Assembly (NCBI GenBank): GCA_964016885.1
Contig: OZ024740.1
Coordinates: forward strand, 359,662,001-359,726,000
DNA from: Eledone cirrhosa
Lineage: Eukaryota
DNA length: 64,000 nucleotides
Direction: 5' to 3'
The translations under genes and the position numbers were made by a program. The notes under the pieces are model-generated. The model made no database searches, had not been told where the DNA came from, and saw only the letters and a list, made by a program, of their open reading frames with translations. This document shows positions 1 to 12,429 of this stretch, in pieces (within the stretch, counting starts at the first letter, position 1; each line of letters starts with the position of its first letter).

Positions 1-810
1 GTTTATATTTTACCACACATTGATAAATGTTATTTTTGTATAAGCATTTGCCCGATAGAGGACAATTGCTGGGATTTCTGCAGTTGCAGTTTGTCCGTGT
101 ATAGTGTGTGGTTTCTTCCCTGGTTCCTGTGTTGAGGGTGTTTTTCCAGGTATTTTGTTGTTGCTCCGGATATGCGCGTAAAGTGGAAAAGACGTTTGTA
201 TTTGCCGGTGTCGGTCTGGTCAGTGTTGAAAGCTGCGGATGTTGTTGAAAGTTCAGATTATGTCCGGATTTCCGTTGGCTGTTGGTATTGCCATACCTGC
301 AAAGGCATTTGTTATTCAATTTCATGATTGCCCAGGTTAGTTGTGGTGTAAGAGGATAGCGGGATCGTGCCTCTATTTAGTATTCTATGGAATTTATGTG
401 TAGGAGGAAAGTGTTCGTCTATAAGTTTAAAGAAGAGATAGGATAGCTTGGTAGTTACCAGATCGTAATGCGGGGGATTATACCATAGGTATGATTTTGT
501 TGTTTTCTTATTTGCAGTATTATTATTTGTCTCGCCACTGTGGGGCTTTGAGCCGCTTGTATATTTTGCGTGGTATGCTTGTGATGTTTTCCTATTCGTG
601 TAGTTGGACTTTTCCCCGCATGGTGTATCTGGAAGAAATTTCAGTGGTTCATCAATACCGGCCCTAAGTAGAGCAGCGTTGTAGTAATCCGCGTGTGTGT
701 TAAAAGCGGATTCAGAGGCAGACAATCTGGAGATTCTAACGGATACATTTTTAACAATGGAGCTAGTGATAGTCCTAGGATGGTTAGACCAACGATTAAC
801 ATAGTTTAAG
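1..810 (-). mobile_element. Penelope-like element fragment (RT C-terminus, linker, start of GIY-YIG), Hydra-clade-like
   Basis: ORF 312-908 has YVNRWSNHP...WYNPP...LIDEHFP...HRILNR. Further downstream on the minus strand, 44-88 reads CNCRNPSNCPLSGKC (CxCx5Cx5C) followed by NNIY. It is truncated by (TA)n/(CA)n at ~811 and runs off the window start. Confidence 0.8.
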
Positions 811-990
<180 letters not shown>

Positions 991-2422
991 TTTCGTTTCT
1001 GAATTTGTTTAGCAAGATTCTTTATCTGAAAACGTGTGTTGAAACCGATATTGTTATACTTTGGGAGGGTCATGTCAATAAGAAACACACGCACCAGTTG
1101 CTTTCACTCCAATTTATTATAAATTAAATTATAAATTAAAAAATTTATAAATTTCCGGTTGGTTGGTTGGTTCCACAACTGGACGGTTGTTCATATATTG
1201 TCAAAGTTCTTTCGTCGCACATTCTGTGACCTCTTCAGTGAGTGGGATTCTTTTCTTTGTTTTGTGCCTCTCCTATTGCTATCATACTATGAGTTTATTC
1301 TATTAACCTTATTCCTAGTTCTTTCTATTCTATTCCAAAATTTGCTCCACCGTATGCAGTTCTCTGGTTACAATCAGAGAGATAAAATCAGAGTATATAA
1401 AGGAGCCAGAACCAAATGGGAAAAAATGGGAAATAATGATTCAAATGGGACCTGCCCCTTGTATGGGAGCAAATTTTGGAATAGAATAGAACGAACTAGG
1501 AATAAGGTTAATAGAATAAACTCATGGTATGGTAGCAATAAATACCAGAGTGTAATGTTCATCAATACAACCCCTAGAAGTGAATTAGCTTACGCATTTA
1601 GAAGGGCCCTAGATAAACTTAAACTAAATATAAAGATAGTAGAAAGACCAGGTACCTCCATAAAAACACTTATTAGTAATACATACCCTTTTCAAAGACC
1701 TCCCTGTATAGATAAGAAATGCATAATCTGTAAACTAAGCCCCCATATTAACTGTAAAACATAGTATATAGCATAAGATGTACTGAAGGTCAATGTAAAG
1801 ATAAGAATATAGTGTACATAGGAGAACGGTTAAATGAACACTGGCGAGAGCTTCAAGATAGAAAAGAGTCACCAGTACTCCACCAACATGCTAAAATAGA
1901 ACATAAGGTCAAATTAGAGAACATAGAAATAAAAATAAAATCTACACACAGAAAAGACGCAATGTTTAGACAAATCACAGAGGCAATAAACATAAATGAA
2001 CTCCAACCAAAATTAATAGAAAACATGAATGGAATAGCAACATCACAACTTACAATTAAGCACAAAATAAAAACACCCACACATAGAACAAACAACCAAC
2101 CAGTAACATGTAAATAAACAAATAAAAACACACACAGACACCCGGATGTAACACATGCGCAAACTAAGCACACAACACACAAAAACAGGATAGCGTAGGA
2201 CAGAACAAAGGAGAGGCACAAAACAAAGAAAAGAATCTCCAGTCACTGAAGAGGTCACAGAATGTGTGACGAAAGAACTTTGACAATATATGAACAACCA
2301 ACCAGCGAACCGGAAATTTATAAATGTTTAAATTTATAATTTAATTTATAATAAATTGGAGCGAAAGCTATGTGGTGCGTGTGTTTCTTATTGGCAACAT
2401 TACCCTCCCAAAGTATAACAAT
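991..2422 (+). mobile_element. Neptune-like Penelope element 3' part with inverted pseudo-LTR
   Basis: 1349-2030 encodes an RT tail, a CIDKKCIIC linker, then VYSIRC...VYIGE..RLNEH..HQH..RQITEA (GIY-YIG), with frameshifts. 1050-1273 is the inverted copy of 2211-2422, and 1274-1348 is the inverted copy of ~1466-1540. Confidence 0.85.
2242..2284 (+). ncRNA. Minimal type-I hammerhead ribozyme in PLE 3' end
   Basis: GTCA-CTGAAGA-G-GTCAC(agaatgt)GTGAC-GAAA-GAAC-TT-TGAC. An inverted copy lies at ~1200-1242. Confidence 0.75.
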
Positions 2423-2557
2423 ATATATAGATATATATATATATATAGATATATATATATATATATATTCCTTTCTTCCTTTCCTTTATCCCATAACTCC
2501 TAATAGAGTTGTCGGGGTACCGTTTTTAAGCCTGGCGAAGCCCATCCCTCTTCATTC

Positions 2558-2639
<82 letters not shown>

Positions 2640-2723
2640 GTAATAACAAAAATAACAAAACAAACGGCACAGTACATGGTAGAAATATATTAGTTTAACG
2701 CTTCAAATAGCAGGAGGAGAGTC

Positions 2724-2757
2724 TTAACGTTTCGGTCACTAGTCCTTCATCAAAAGA
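2724..2757 (-). ncRNA. Degenerate hammerhead (same family as 37077 and 41428)
   Basis: Reverse complement is CTT-TTGATGA-A-GGACTAGTGACC-GAAA-CG-TT-AAG. It has a C3>T change without compensation and a stem II mismatch. Confidence 0.5.
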
Positions 2758-3130
2758 TAGTTAGAAATAGATGATGAATTAAATAGAATGTAAAGAGCGA
2801 TGAGGGGAAGGAACGGGGAAAAAGAGAAAAAAAAACGGGGAGAAAAAGCATACACGTGCGTATTCAGTAGGCCATATTGGATTACTCATCTACCAGCCAT
2901 TCCACTCTCGGCAGAGTCCCCCTTTATCCCGGACCCCCTTATTCCCTTGCCCAAACTACTCTCATATGTGGGTACTAGTTTTCTCCTACCTATCTCTCAC
3001 TGATGTTCAAAAAGGGAGACAAGAGAGATTGTTTCAATTACAGAGAGATCTCCTTGTCAATACACACACACACACACACACACACATGTCCTCCCCCCAC
3101 ACACACACACACCACCATCACCATTACCAC

Positions 3131-3178
<48 letters not shown>

Positions 3179-3183
<5 letters not shown>

Positions 3184-3787
3184 AGATAAGCAAAACAAGC
3201 AAAAATCAAACAATTTTTTAAAATAAATTAAAAAATATAATTTAAATATTTACCTACTCAGTTGCTCTTACCGATCGGTTTCCCTTCACAAAACCTTGGA
3301 AATCCATGGGATTTCCAATGGAAGAATAAAGTTCATCAGAGAGTATTTTCCTTTCCTAGGACTAAAGTCCCAGGAACGGCAAAATATATTGCCATCTGCT
3401 AGCTAGCACAAGATCGAGTGAGGCCGAAATTTGACCTGTAGATGAACCAGTCCGTAGCAAGAGCGGGAGTAAACATAGACGTGTTGTCTACTACACTACT
3501 AAAAATAGCAGCTAAATAGAACAACAGATTTGTTCTCTACATAACGGAGGATATTAAAAGAAGTTAATATGTCCACGGGTACTAAGTACCCCTGGAAATA
3601 TATAGGTTGTCTATGATACAGGGTTGTTCAATGGTATTAATTTGACATACCAGAACTATAATATTGAGATAAGCAGAACAAGCAAAAATCAAACAATTTT
3701 TTTTAAATAAATTAAAAAATATAATTTAAATATTTACCTACTCAGTTGCCCTTACCGATCGGTTTCCCTTCACAAAACATTGGAAAT
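3179..3787 (-). mobile_element. PLE pseudo-LTR-like partial tandem (~483-bp period) with hammerhead at 3265-3343
   Basis: 3179-3303 is repeated at ~3662-3787. Reverse complement of the ribozyme is CTCT-CTGATGA-A-CTTT...AAGG-GAAA-CCGATCGG-TA-AGAG. Confidence 0.7.
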
Positions 3788-3889
3788 ATATATATATATA
3801 TATTGATAGTCTGCAATACTGGGACTAGGAAGACCACAAATCAAAGAAGTATTCGACACACAGTAATATACAGAGTGGATATATTAGGT

Positions 3890-3943
3890 TTACCGCGAGC
3901 TCGGCGGTTTCGGCTAGTTACCTCTTCTAGCCATCATCAGGCA
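3890..3943 (-). ncRNA. Hammerhead-like motif
   Basis: Reverse complement is CTGATGA-T-GGCTAG(aagaggtaa)CTAGCC-GAAA-CCGC(cgagctc)GCGG-TA. Stem I is not evident. Confidence 0.55.
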
Positions 3944-4127
3944 ATTCTTTTCGAATTTAAGGGACATGAGAGAAGGGAGAAGGGGGAAGGAAGGGAGGTT
4001 GAGATGAGAGGGAGAAGATGGGGAAGAAGGAATTAGGAGAAAACAGAGAGGTGGGATAGTAGAGAAGAAAGAAGAAGAAAAGAAAAGAAGAAAACGACAA
4101 AAGATAAATAAGATACACAGATAAACA

Positions 4128-4425
4128 AACTCAGCATCAAACCTATCAAGTGCAAGTCGGAGATCACCTTCTGTCAAGTTAAGTAACACCGTGTCGTCTG
4201 CAAATTGTAGCCGACTGATTTTACTGCGTGGCACCATTCCGATCCGGCAGCACATGTCAATCCTCTTCATGAAAATAAGGAACAGGAGAGGTGACAGTAT
4301 GCACCTTTGGCGGAGTCCGACTCTCACAACAAATGGTTTTGATTTAGCACCATTAATCCAAACACAAATACTCGGACATTCGTATAGCGACATCAAGGCA
4401 ACAAGAAGCTTACCATCGATTCCAT
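4128..4425 (-). pseudogene. RTE-clade LINE reverse transcriptase fragment
   Basis: GLRQRCILSPLLF and LQFADD in ORF 3914-4396. Confidence 0.8.
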
Positions 4426-5044
4426 GATTTTTAAAAGAGGCACCTGAATTTCACTCCTATTGTTTTACGCAAACTAATACACTCAAGGCATAGTCATCGG
4501 TAATAGCAAAGCTAAAGTGCTAGAGTAATCAAGTACCTTTGTGGGCATCGCCTAATACATAGGTAAAGCGAGCTACCAAACATAAACAGCTAACGAAGTG
4601 TTTGCTGGTCACCACTAGAGAGGCCCATCTGCTGGCCCTTCCAGTCGAGCATCCTTCCGGCCAAGCACCCTTCCTTTTTTCAATCAGATCTCAGTTTCCA
4701 GTGCCGAAATAGCTTGTGGTTAGAAAAAGCTATCTCACTTACCGCTTTTCATAGGCGCCGCTAAATCCCACTGCTGGTTTCTCCTCTTTCACGTGCGTCC
4801 AACTCCTTAACACCGGGAGCTGCCAAAACTCGCGTCCACACCATTGCTGGTCACCACTAGAGAGGCCCACAGTGATTCTACGGACATCCAGGACATGACG
4901 TGGTACTCCGTCCACGGACACATTGTTCTGGGAATTTACGGCCGTCACCGTTCCCCTTCCGCATTGAGATGTGCAACGTGCATCTGGGGGCTTAACCCAG
5001 ACTTATTCGCCCACCTGCACGAATGCACTCTCTCTCCCCACTGG

Positions 5045-6735
5045 CTATTGTGGTGGCGTGCACGGGTGCCGCCACTCGTATCTGAATACTGCTCTGTGTG
5101 GCACCGATTCCTCGACCTGTCCCACCCGAGGGGACATGTTGTACCAGAACACTGCCTCCATTGGTGAGATATGGCCCCGCTCTGCCATTGCCTTGATATT
5201 CCGGTGGTGTCTCTCCACAATTCCATTCCCGCTCTGCCTGTGCGCTGCTCTGAAGAAACGGTCCACCTTCCATCCATCGAGCATCTCCCTCAGCGCCTCC
5301 GAGCGGAACGCTGCGCTGCTGTCCATCAGCAGTTCGTCCACAGGGCCCCGCTCCAAGAACACCTCTCTCAACGTCCGCATGATTTCCCCGGCCGTTCCAG
5401 TCTTCATCTCCCTCCATATCGCCATCCGTCCTGGTCCACAGTCGACCATTGAGAGGTACGTTCCCTGTCGGTAGTGCGTTACATCCACCGCCAATCGCGA
5501 TCCACCGGGAGGCTTCCCGTTTCGTGCACACCCGGGGCGGGATCAATGGACAGACATCGGACGCAGCCTCTAACCACCCTTTGAACACTGTGTCTGTTAA
5601 CGTCCGAGTCGATTCTCCTGGAATACTAAGACGCCCGTCCTGACTCACCGTAGCCTAAGTCCCAGCGCGGCTCCTCCCTCCAACGCTTCTGACGGCTTCG
5701 CAGCCAGTCCATACCTCTGTAAATGGCTCGTGACCTCCGCCGCCGACACCACAGACTCGTCCACTAGGATGTCGTCAATATAGGAGTTAGTGGCCCTCTT
5801 CATCTTGTCGGCCTTTCCCAGAATGGTCTTGAGGACCGCCGCCATGATCTTCGGTGCGGAGCTCAGCCCGAAACCGAGCCTGGTCAGGCAATATGTCCGG
5901 CCCTATACCTGACCAGCTGATACTGCCAGAGCTTCTCATCTATATGCAATTGCAAGTATGCCGACTTTAGATCTACGATTGCTGACCCCCCCCCCCCCCG
6001 TCATGCGTCTCCACTCACGCAGGGTTTCCCCACAGACATCCGTGACCACTCTACTCGTGTGGCATGACACGTGCTCGTTCAGCTCCCGAAAGTCCAGTAC
6101 CGGCCTCACCTTGTTCTTCGTGGGTTGCGCCACCACCATTAACGGCAATACTCCGCACTTCACCTCCTCTTTCCAGGGAACCAATATGCCCTCCTCAATC
6201 CATCTCTCTACCTCTCGCTCCTAATGTTTCCCTTCAATGTGTGTTGATAGCAGCCCACTTTGGTCTTCAGTGTTGGTGGTTCTCCCTTCCAGTACCAGTC
6301 AACAACCCATCGCTGCCCATCGAACACGGCCTTGAAGTCTTTGTCCTGCACAGTGTAAGCGGGGTATTTCTCCTCGTGGGCCTTCTGGTTCTGCTGTCGC
6401 GCACTCACAGCGCATACCGATGCAGCGGCGCCAAACGACACACCGACGTTGTTCACTGTGACGCCTCCTAGACGGCCAATTGCATCCATTCCCATAACCA
6501 CGCCAATCCCATCCACCACGCTGTCTACTACGATAGCAGAAAGCCTTATTTTCCTTCCCCGTACCGCTATTTCCATCTCGCTGCGACCTCGGCATTCAAT
6601 TTTCCTGCCGTCGACTGCCCTTACGCTGCTCTTCCCTCTCCACCTCTGCGCCACCCCCGCGGTCACCAGTGTCGTCGTACAGCCCGTGTCCACGAGGGCT
6701 CGCTGTGGCTTTCCCCTCACGAAGACTTCCACCAC
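5045..6735 (-). pseudogene. pol: Gypsy pol pseudogene (protease, RT, integrase core; RNase H missing)
   Basis: Motifs ALVDTG, RPVLDFRELN, TRLGFGLSSAP, SYIDD, AVDVTH, LLMD and GNGIVERHHR. Frameshifts at ~6220, at poly-C ~5990 and at ~5900; stop at 5645. Confidence 0.85.
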
Positions 6736-6746
6736 GGGCAGCGCCT

Positions 6747-7508
6747 CTATTCATAAGGGGCAACTACAGGCGCAGTAGTTCCCCTTGGATCGTTTCCCTG
6801 GTCGCAGTTAATAGCGATGTAGCCTGGTCGCTTACACCGGTAGCATATTATTTCCGGCCTTGACTCTCTGCAGTCTCTAGCCATGTGCGGGCCCTGGCAC
6901 CGAAAACAGCGACCTCTAAACGTTCGCGGGCGACCGCGTGCCGTGGTTGCCTCCCTTTCACCATTTCGCTGCCAGCTGTCTTGAGCCTCTGTAGTTGCTA
7001 TCGCCGCAACACTCTTCTTGGCATCTTCTGCTATGATCCGGGCTTGTTCCATCAGTGAACGCATTTCCATTTCTTTGTAACCCGGGACTTGCTGCAGTTT
7101 CACCGCTATGTCGTCTGGAAATCCATTTATGAACGCCAACCGCACCGTGCGTTCGCATTCCACCTGATATCCAGCCAACATAGCGAATCGCCGTATTTCC
7201 GCTGCGAAAATGTCAACGCGTTCACCGTTCCATCTAATTCTTGCCATCTTAGCGAAAGTGGCTAACGGTCCCTCTGCGAACGCTTCTATCATGCGCCTCT
7301 CAATCTTTTGCGCATCTCTTTGGCTGTGTTCATCCAACTCAAGGAAGAGTACCAACGCGTCCCCCTCGAGGTACAGTGCCATGAGGCCAGCCACATCTTC
7401 TATCTTCTGCAAGCTTGCGACCAGCCGGACTTTTCGCAGCCAAGCGACAACATCACCTTCCCCGGTAAATGCCCTGATAGCTTCGCTTGTTCGTAGTCTT
7501 GTCGCCAT
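6747..7508 (-). CDS. gag: Gypsy Gag with two zinc knuckles (second has H>Y)
   Basis: Intact 253-aa ORF containing CFRCQGPHMARDC and CYRCKRPGYIAINC. Confidence 0.85.
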   Translation of the reverse strand: MATRLRTSEAIRAFTGEGDVVAWLRKVRLVASLQKIEDVAGLMALYLEGDALVLFLELDEHSQRDAQKIERRMIEAFAEGPLATFAKMARIRWNGERVDIFAAEIRRFAMLAGYQVECERTVRLAFINGFPDDIAVKLQQVPGYKEMEMRSLMEQARIIAEDAKKSVAAIATTEAQDSWQRNGEREATTARGRPRTFRGRCFRCQGPHMARDCRESRPEIICYRCKRPGYIAINCDQGNDPRGTTAPVVAPYE

Positions 7509-8419
7509 CTTCTAATTTGTCTTGCAGTACGTGATAAAAAAAAACAACAGACTCCTCTCTGTTTTACCAGTAGCTTTTTTTTTTCAATCAGATCTCAGTT
7601 TCCAGTGCCGAAATAGCTTGTGGTTAGAAAAAGCTATCTCACTTACCGCTTTTCATAGGCGCCGCTAAATCCCACTGCTGGTTTCTCCTCTTTCACGTGC
7701 GTCCAACTCCTTAACACCAGGAGCTGCCAAAACTCGCGTCCACACCGTTGCTGGTCACCACTAGAGAGGCCCATCTGCTGGCCCTTCCGGTCGAGCATCC
7801 TTCCGGCCAAGCACCCTTCCGGTCGAGCACCTCCCCGCTTCCGGCCACCGCACGCCACACCATACCCACAGTGTTGATTGTTTATGTCCGCCTTATAGCA
7901 ATTAATATAACTGAAATTACGTTTTAAAATAATTTCTACGGAGAACAGCTAAAATCATTTGATATTGAAACAGAGTAGTTTTATATTATCAAAATGAAAA
8001 TTATTTTTAATTTAATAACAAATCATTTATATAAGCAATTAAAGAACGTTATTCACTATCAGCAATAAAAAAGCTTTCTATTGCTCGATTACCACCAGAA
8101 CCCCCGAGGGGAATTTTACCAGGTGGAACAAGATTGTCCCCACGTGGGGGTGGGGGTGGGGGTCTTTCTAATTTGAACCTCTTTAGTAAAGATAGTGGTA
8201 TAACAAGAATTTTTAAAGTTGTAATTTTTTTCATTTTTTGTGGGAAAATATGATATACTAATAAAGTAGGTAGCTTCTAGTGTATGATTATAATATATTG
8301 ATGGCTTTAACAATGAATGTTCCAGTTGCTTGATTAACAGAACAGCCTGCTCATGAAATTAATGTTCACGAAATTAATTCTAAAATAAAACGTGTATAGA
8401 ATTTTTTTTAAAGCAGAAG

Positions 8420-8575
8420 GGCTATATAATTGTTTCTACTTTTGGCACAAGGCCAGCAATTACCCCAGTGCATTACTGGTACTTTATTTTATCGACCCCG
8501 TAAGAATGAAAGGCAAAGTTAACCTCTATGCTGCAAAGCATGGCGTCCGACCCTCTACCGTTACTGCCAATCCCC
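8420..8575 (-). mobile_element. High-copy SINE (Octopus-type), one of 14 or more copies
   Basis: Core ACTGGTACTTTATTTTATCGACCCCGTAAGGATGAAAGGCAAAGT. Other copies at ~11955-12170, 12185-12375, 19748-19846, 24460-25020, 25146-25250, 28540-28690, 29170-29370, 31575-31710, 35885-36047 and 42189-42278. Confidence 0.8.
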
Positions 8576-8874
8576 AAATCCGATTTTCATTTATTTATCC
8601 TACATAAAATTAAGATGATTTAACAACATAGAAGAAATCTAAACACTTTTTAATCAATACTAATTACACAGTAGGTTAAGTGACGTATGCATGTTTATAT
8701 ATGATGTAAAGGGATGTGGAAAACATTAGTAAAAATTCGATTCCAGCCGACCTGGAAACTGGAGAAATAATTAAATCCCCTCTCGCCGAATTGAATTTTA
8801 ACTCTCCTTTCATAATTATTGTAATACGTAATCGTATTACAATACAACTAGGAGAGGGAATGTTCTCTTGGTAG

Positions 8875-11703
8875 TGTAGTGACCTACATTCCGCGGGCTC
8901 ACATACATTCTCTGTGTGTGATTTGGCTCAGCTCAGCCAATCAGCGCCAGGAGAAGAGGATGTATCCCTACGCGTTCTGAGGGAGAAATAGCCCGCGAAG
9001 ATTTGAAGAAACTCACACTCGCAGCTTGACCATGCTAAGGTAAACACCACTTGTTCTTTTGCTCCGTAAGCACAAACAATATGTAACGACAAAACATTAC
9101 ATACGGACCTGGCCAAACGCCTCAGCCAGTCGACCGTATTTTCTCGTGTAATCTTAATTGAATTATTTCATTTCTCTTGGCATGCCAACTTAATTCACTT
9201 CGTAACCTTTGTTAATAAATTATGTAAAAACAAGCTATAGTCGTTGTCGATATTCCTATCATATCTTTCTACCAAACCTGGTTCCTCGTGGCAACATTAC
9301 AACTCTCTAAATACTTCTCCGCTAAAATTGGTGACAACAACTCTACAAAATTGGTGACCCTCGACGATTAAGTATGAAAACGCAACCTATTTGAATTCGC
9401 CATTCGTTTTAATGGCTATGTGGAGTGGCTTAACATTGGAATGTTCGAATCGGGTAGCTAGACTCACTTAGCGTAAGTCCATAAAATTCATAATATTCCA
9501 TTTGTTGAAGCACGCGGCCTGCACAATATTTCTGTCATAACTTTCATGGTAATACTAGTAACTCACGCATACAGACGAACACAAAAATACAACACAAAAA
9601 AAAATTAATTAAAAAAAAAAGGATTTCTCTGGATGTGGAATATTGCTTTCGGCGTTCTGTTGAAATTACAAATGGAGACTCAGAAATTTTGTTTTCCCGC
9701 GTACAGCTTGTCTTCTCCAATCCCAGCCGTCTGATTGGCTGCATCGTGCCACATGACGGCTTCTTCATCACAGACGCATTTTTCAATCGGCCATCTTGGA
9801 TTTTCTTGCCGAATAATTTTATTGGAAAATAATTTTTTTTTATTATTCAAATTTTCTTTAGAATATTTTAGAAAAAAAGAAAAAATTAGCAGTATTTCAA
9901 AAACTTTTCGCCACGAGGAAATTTCAAAACGGCTACCACCAAGTACTTCTCTACTACCAGCCATCAGCAGCAACACATGGCTAACTATTAACCAACACCA
10001 GGGAACGGCTTGTAACTTTACCGACGCAACCACCATACCTTCTGTCTCGTTACCACAAGGACTCGAGAAATTAAGACATTAGTTTTCTCACCATTATGGC
10101 GTCAGACGTGGCTGCCATGTTGGTGACACTAGGTTCTTCAACGCTCGAGTTCTACTCTACAGAAGATTCATTGTGACTTTGCTTTAACAACAACAACAAC
10201 TCTACTAGCTCCCTAGTAAGAGCGTTCCCAAAGAAAAAAGAAACGAACTTTTTGTTAAAAGAAAAGAAACTTTCTTCCTTTTTTTTTCAGGCATTTATTT
10301 TGGACATTTGTTGTTTTTTTTAAACTGTATTATATAAAAATTCATTTCTCTCTATCATTGTATATGAGACCGCACGCACACATTTTCTTTGCTGTAATTC
10401 ATGCCTGCATATATACACACACCAACATGTTGTTGTGTATGGTATGTGATCTTCAAGCGTCGTAATATTCTGCGAGATATCTTTTCACCTTCTGGAGGTA
10501 CCAAAACATGCTATCGACACTTGCAGCTTAGTTCACCTGCACCGCAACACGAGAATGCTAATTGCAGCTGAACTCAAACAGTTTCGCATCTCGTTGCACA
10601 TTCATCGTCCATAACAACCTCTATCTTGTTATCTTACTCAACTCACCGGGAAAACAACAAATAGAACTGGACTTGTCAGCATTTCCACCACTTCTGTTGA
10701 TTCGCCCGAATTATGGAACTGCAACCCACCTACAGATTCAACTTGCTTTTTTTCTTATCAAAGCAACCAGCCATTTTTTCCTGGCTCCCTAGCACATTCG
10801 GCAATACATCTGGGAGGCCAACATTTTCTCGCCTACCCATCATCTTCTTGCCAGCACTGGTAAACTACCATAATAGCTTCGTCCACAGCTACTGGTACAA
10901 CACTTACCATTAACATTTAATGCAAGAACAGCAACTTCGTCCATGTCAGACTTTATCTGTTTTCTGTTAGACCTTTGGTGGTCACGTGTAAACTACAAAA
11001 CAGCTAGCCATTTGACAGCGGCTCAACACGGCCCGTAGCGCCTCATTTTTTTTCTTGCATGCATCTTTCTACTCATTTATTTTTTCACTGATGTGCTCTT
11101 TCAGCATTTGTTCTTGCTGATTCAATAATCTGTATCGACTTCCGTCTAGAAGGGGGGTGTAAACTGTACCTTGTGGGTCCTTGGCTTCATCGTTAACGAT
11201 TTTCGGCTAAAAATCTGCTCGGAGGTGATGTAGTGACCTACATTCCGCGGGCTCACATACATTCTCTGTGCGTGATTTGGCTCAGCTCAGCCAATCAGCG
11301 CCAGGAGAAGAGGATGTATCCCTACGCGTTCTGAGGGAGAAATAGCCCGCGAAGATTTGAGGAAACTCACACTCGCAGCTTGACCATGCTAAGGTAAACA
11401 CCACTTGTTCTTTTGCTCCGTAAGCACAAACAATATGTAACGACAAAACATTACATACGGACCTGGCCAAACGCCTCAGCCAGTCGACCGTATTTTCTCG
11501 TGTAATCTTAATTGAATTATTTCATTTCTCTTGGCATGCCAACTTAATTCACTTCGTAACCTTTGTTAATAAATTATGTAAAAACAAGTTATAGTCGTTG
11601 TCGATATTCCTATCATATCTTTCTACCAAATCTGGTTCCTCGTGGCAACATTACAACTCTCTAAATACTTCTCCGCTAAATTGGTGACAACAACTCTACC
11701 AAA
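8875..11703 (+). mobile_element. Non-autonomous LTR retrotransposon (element A)
   Basis: LTRs at 8875-9350 and 11229-11703 (TG...AA, about 6 differences by eye). 4-bp TSD GTAG. PBS TGGTGACCC at 9352 is tRNA-Trp-like. The internal region has no long ORF. Confidence 0.9.
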
Positions 11704-11954
11704 GTAGTAACGATTAATTTTGAATCTGTTGGGTTCCTTGATTGACTCTGGATGGTTGCCCTTCCACTGAGCCGTCTTATTTTATTCCTTTTGTATACTG
11801 TTGTTTCCCACGCCTGTTTGTATATATATATATGCCTATTTTAAGTTGACCGTATGAGGTCTACTTTTGGGGGTATGTCATTATCTTATACATCAAATAT
11901 TGTATTTTATCTGATGAAAGCATGCTATAAATTAGTATCCTAGAAATAGATATA

Positions 11955-12375
11955 ATGATTTCTAGTATAGGCACAAGGCCAGTAATTTGGCGGGAGGGGA
12001 AAGTCGATTAAATCGACCCCAGTCGACTGGTGCTTTATTTTATCGACCACGTAAGGATGAAAGGCAAATTAACTTCGGCGGGATTTGAACTCAGACCGTA
12101 AAGGGGTGTAACTCTATGTTGTAAAGCATGGTGTCCGATGCTCTACTGATACTGCCAATCCACCACCCTAACTGATTAGATAATAATTGTTTCTACTTTA
12201 GGCACAAGTGCATTACTGGTACTTTACCCAGTGCATTACTGGTACTTTATTTTATCGACCTCGTAAGGATGAAAGGCAAAGTCAACCTCGGCGGGATTTG
12301 AACTCAGATCGTAAAGGGACGTAACTATGCTGGAAAGCATGACGTCCGACCCTCTACCGATACTGCCAATCCACC
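11955..12375 (-). mobile_element. Two tandem SINE copies
   Basis: Same core as 8420, including GGATTTGAACTC (B-box-like on the opposite strand). Confidence 0.8.
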
Positions 12376-12429
12376 GACCCTGATTAATGAAAGTAACGAT
12401 CCTATCGTCAGTCAGTTTCTGGAATGAAA

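Larger units (their letters stand above)
4602..7859 (-). mobile_element. Decayed Ty3/Gypsy LTR retrotransposon
   Basis: 5' LTR at 7571-7859 starts TG, with a PBS-like TGGTAAAACAGAG next to it. Order is gag, protease, RT, integrase. Rearranged LTR copies lie at 4602-4869. The element is GC- and CpG-rich relative to its flanks. Confidence 0.9.

Noticed and set aside
4870-7510. High GC content of the Gypsy element as evidence of horizontal transfer or contamination
   Set aside because: Composition alone is insufficient, and the element is embedded among host repeats and decayed.
11905-11956. CTGATGA...GAAA hammerhead-like remnant
   Set aside because: Stem III and the cleavage triplet cannot be put in register with stem I; probably decayed.
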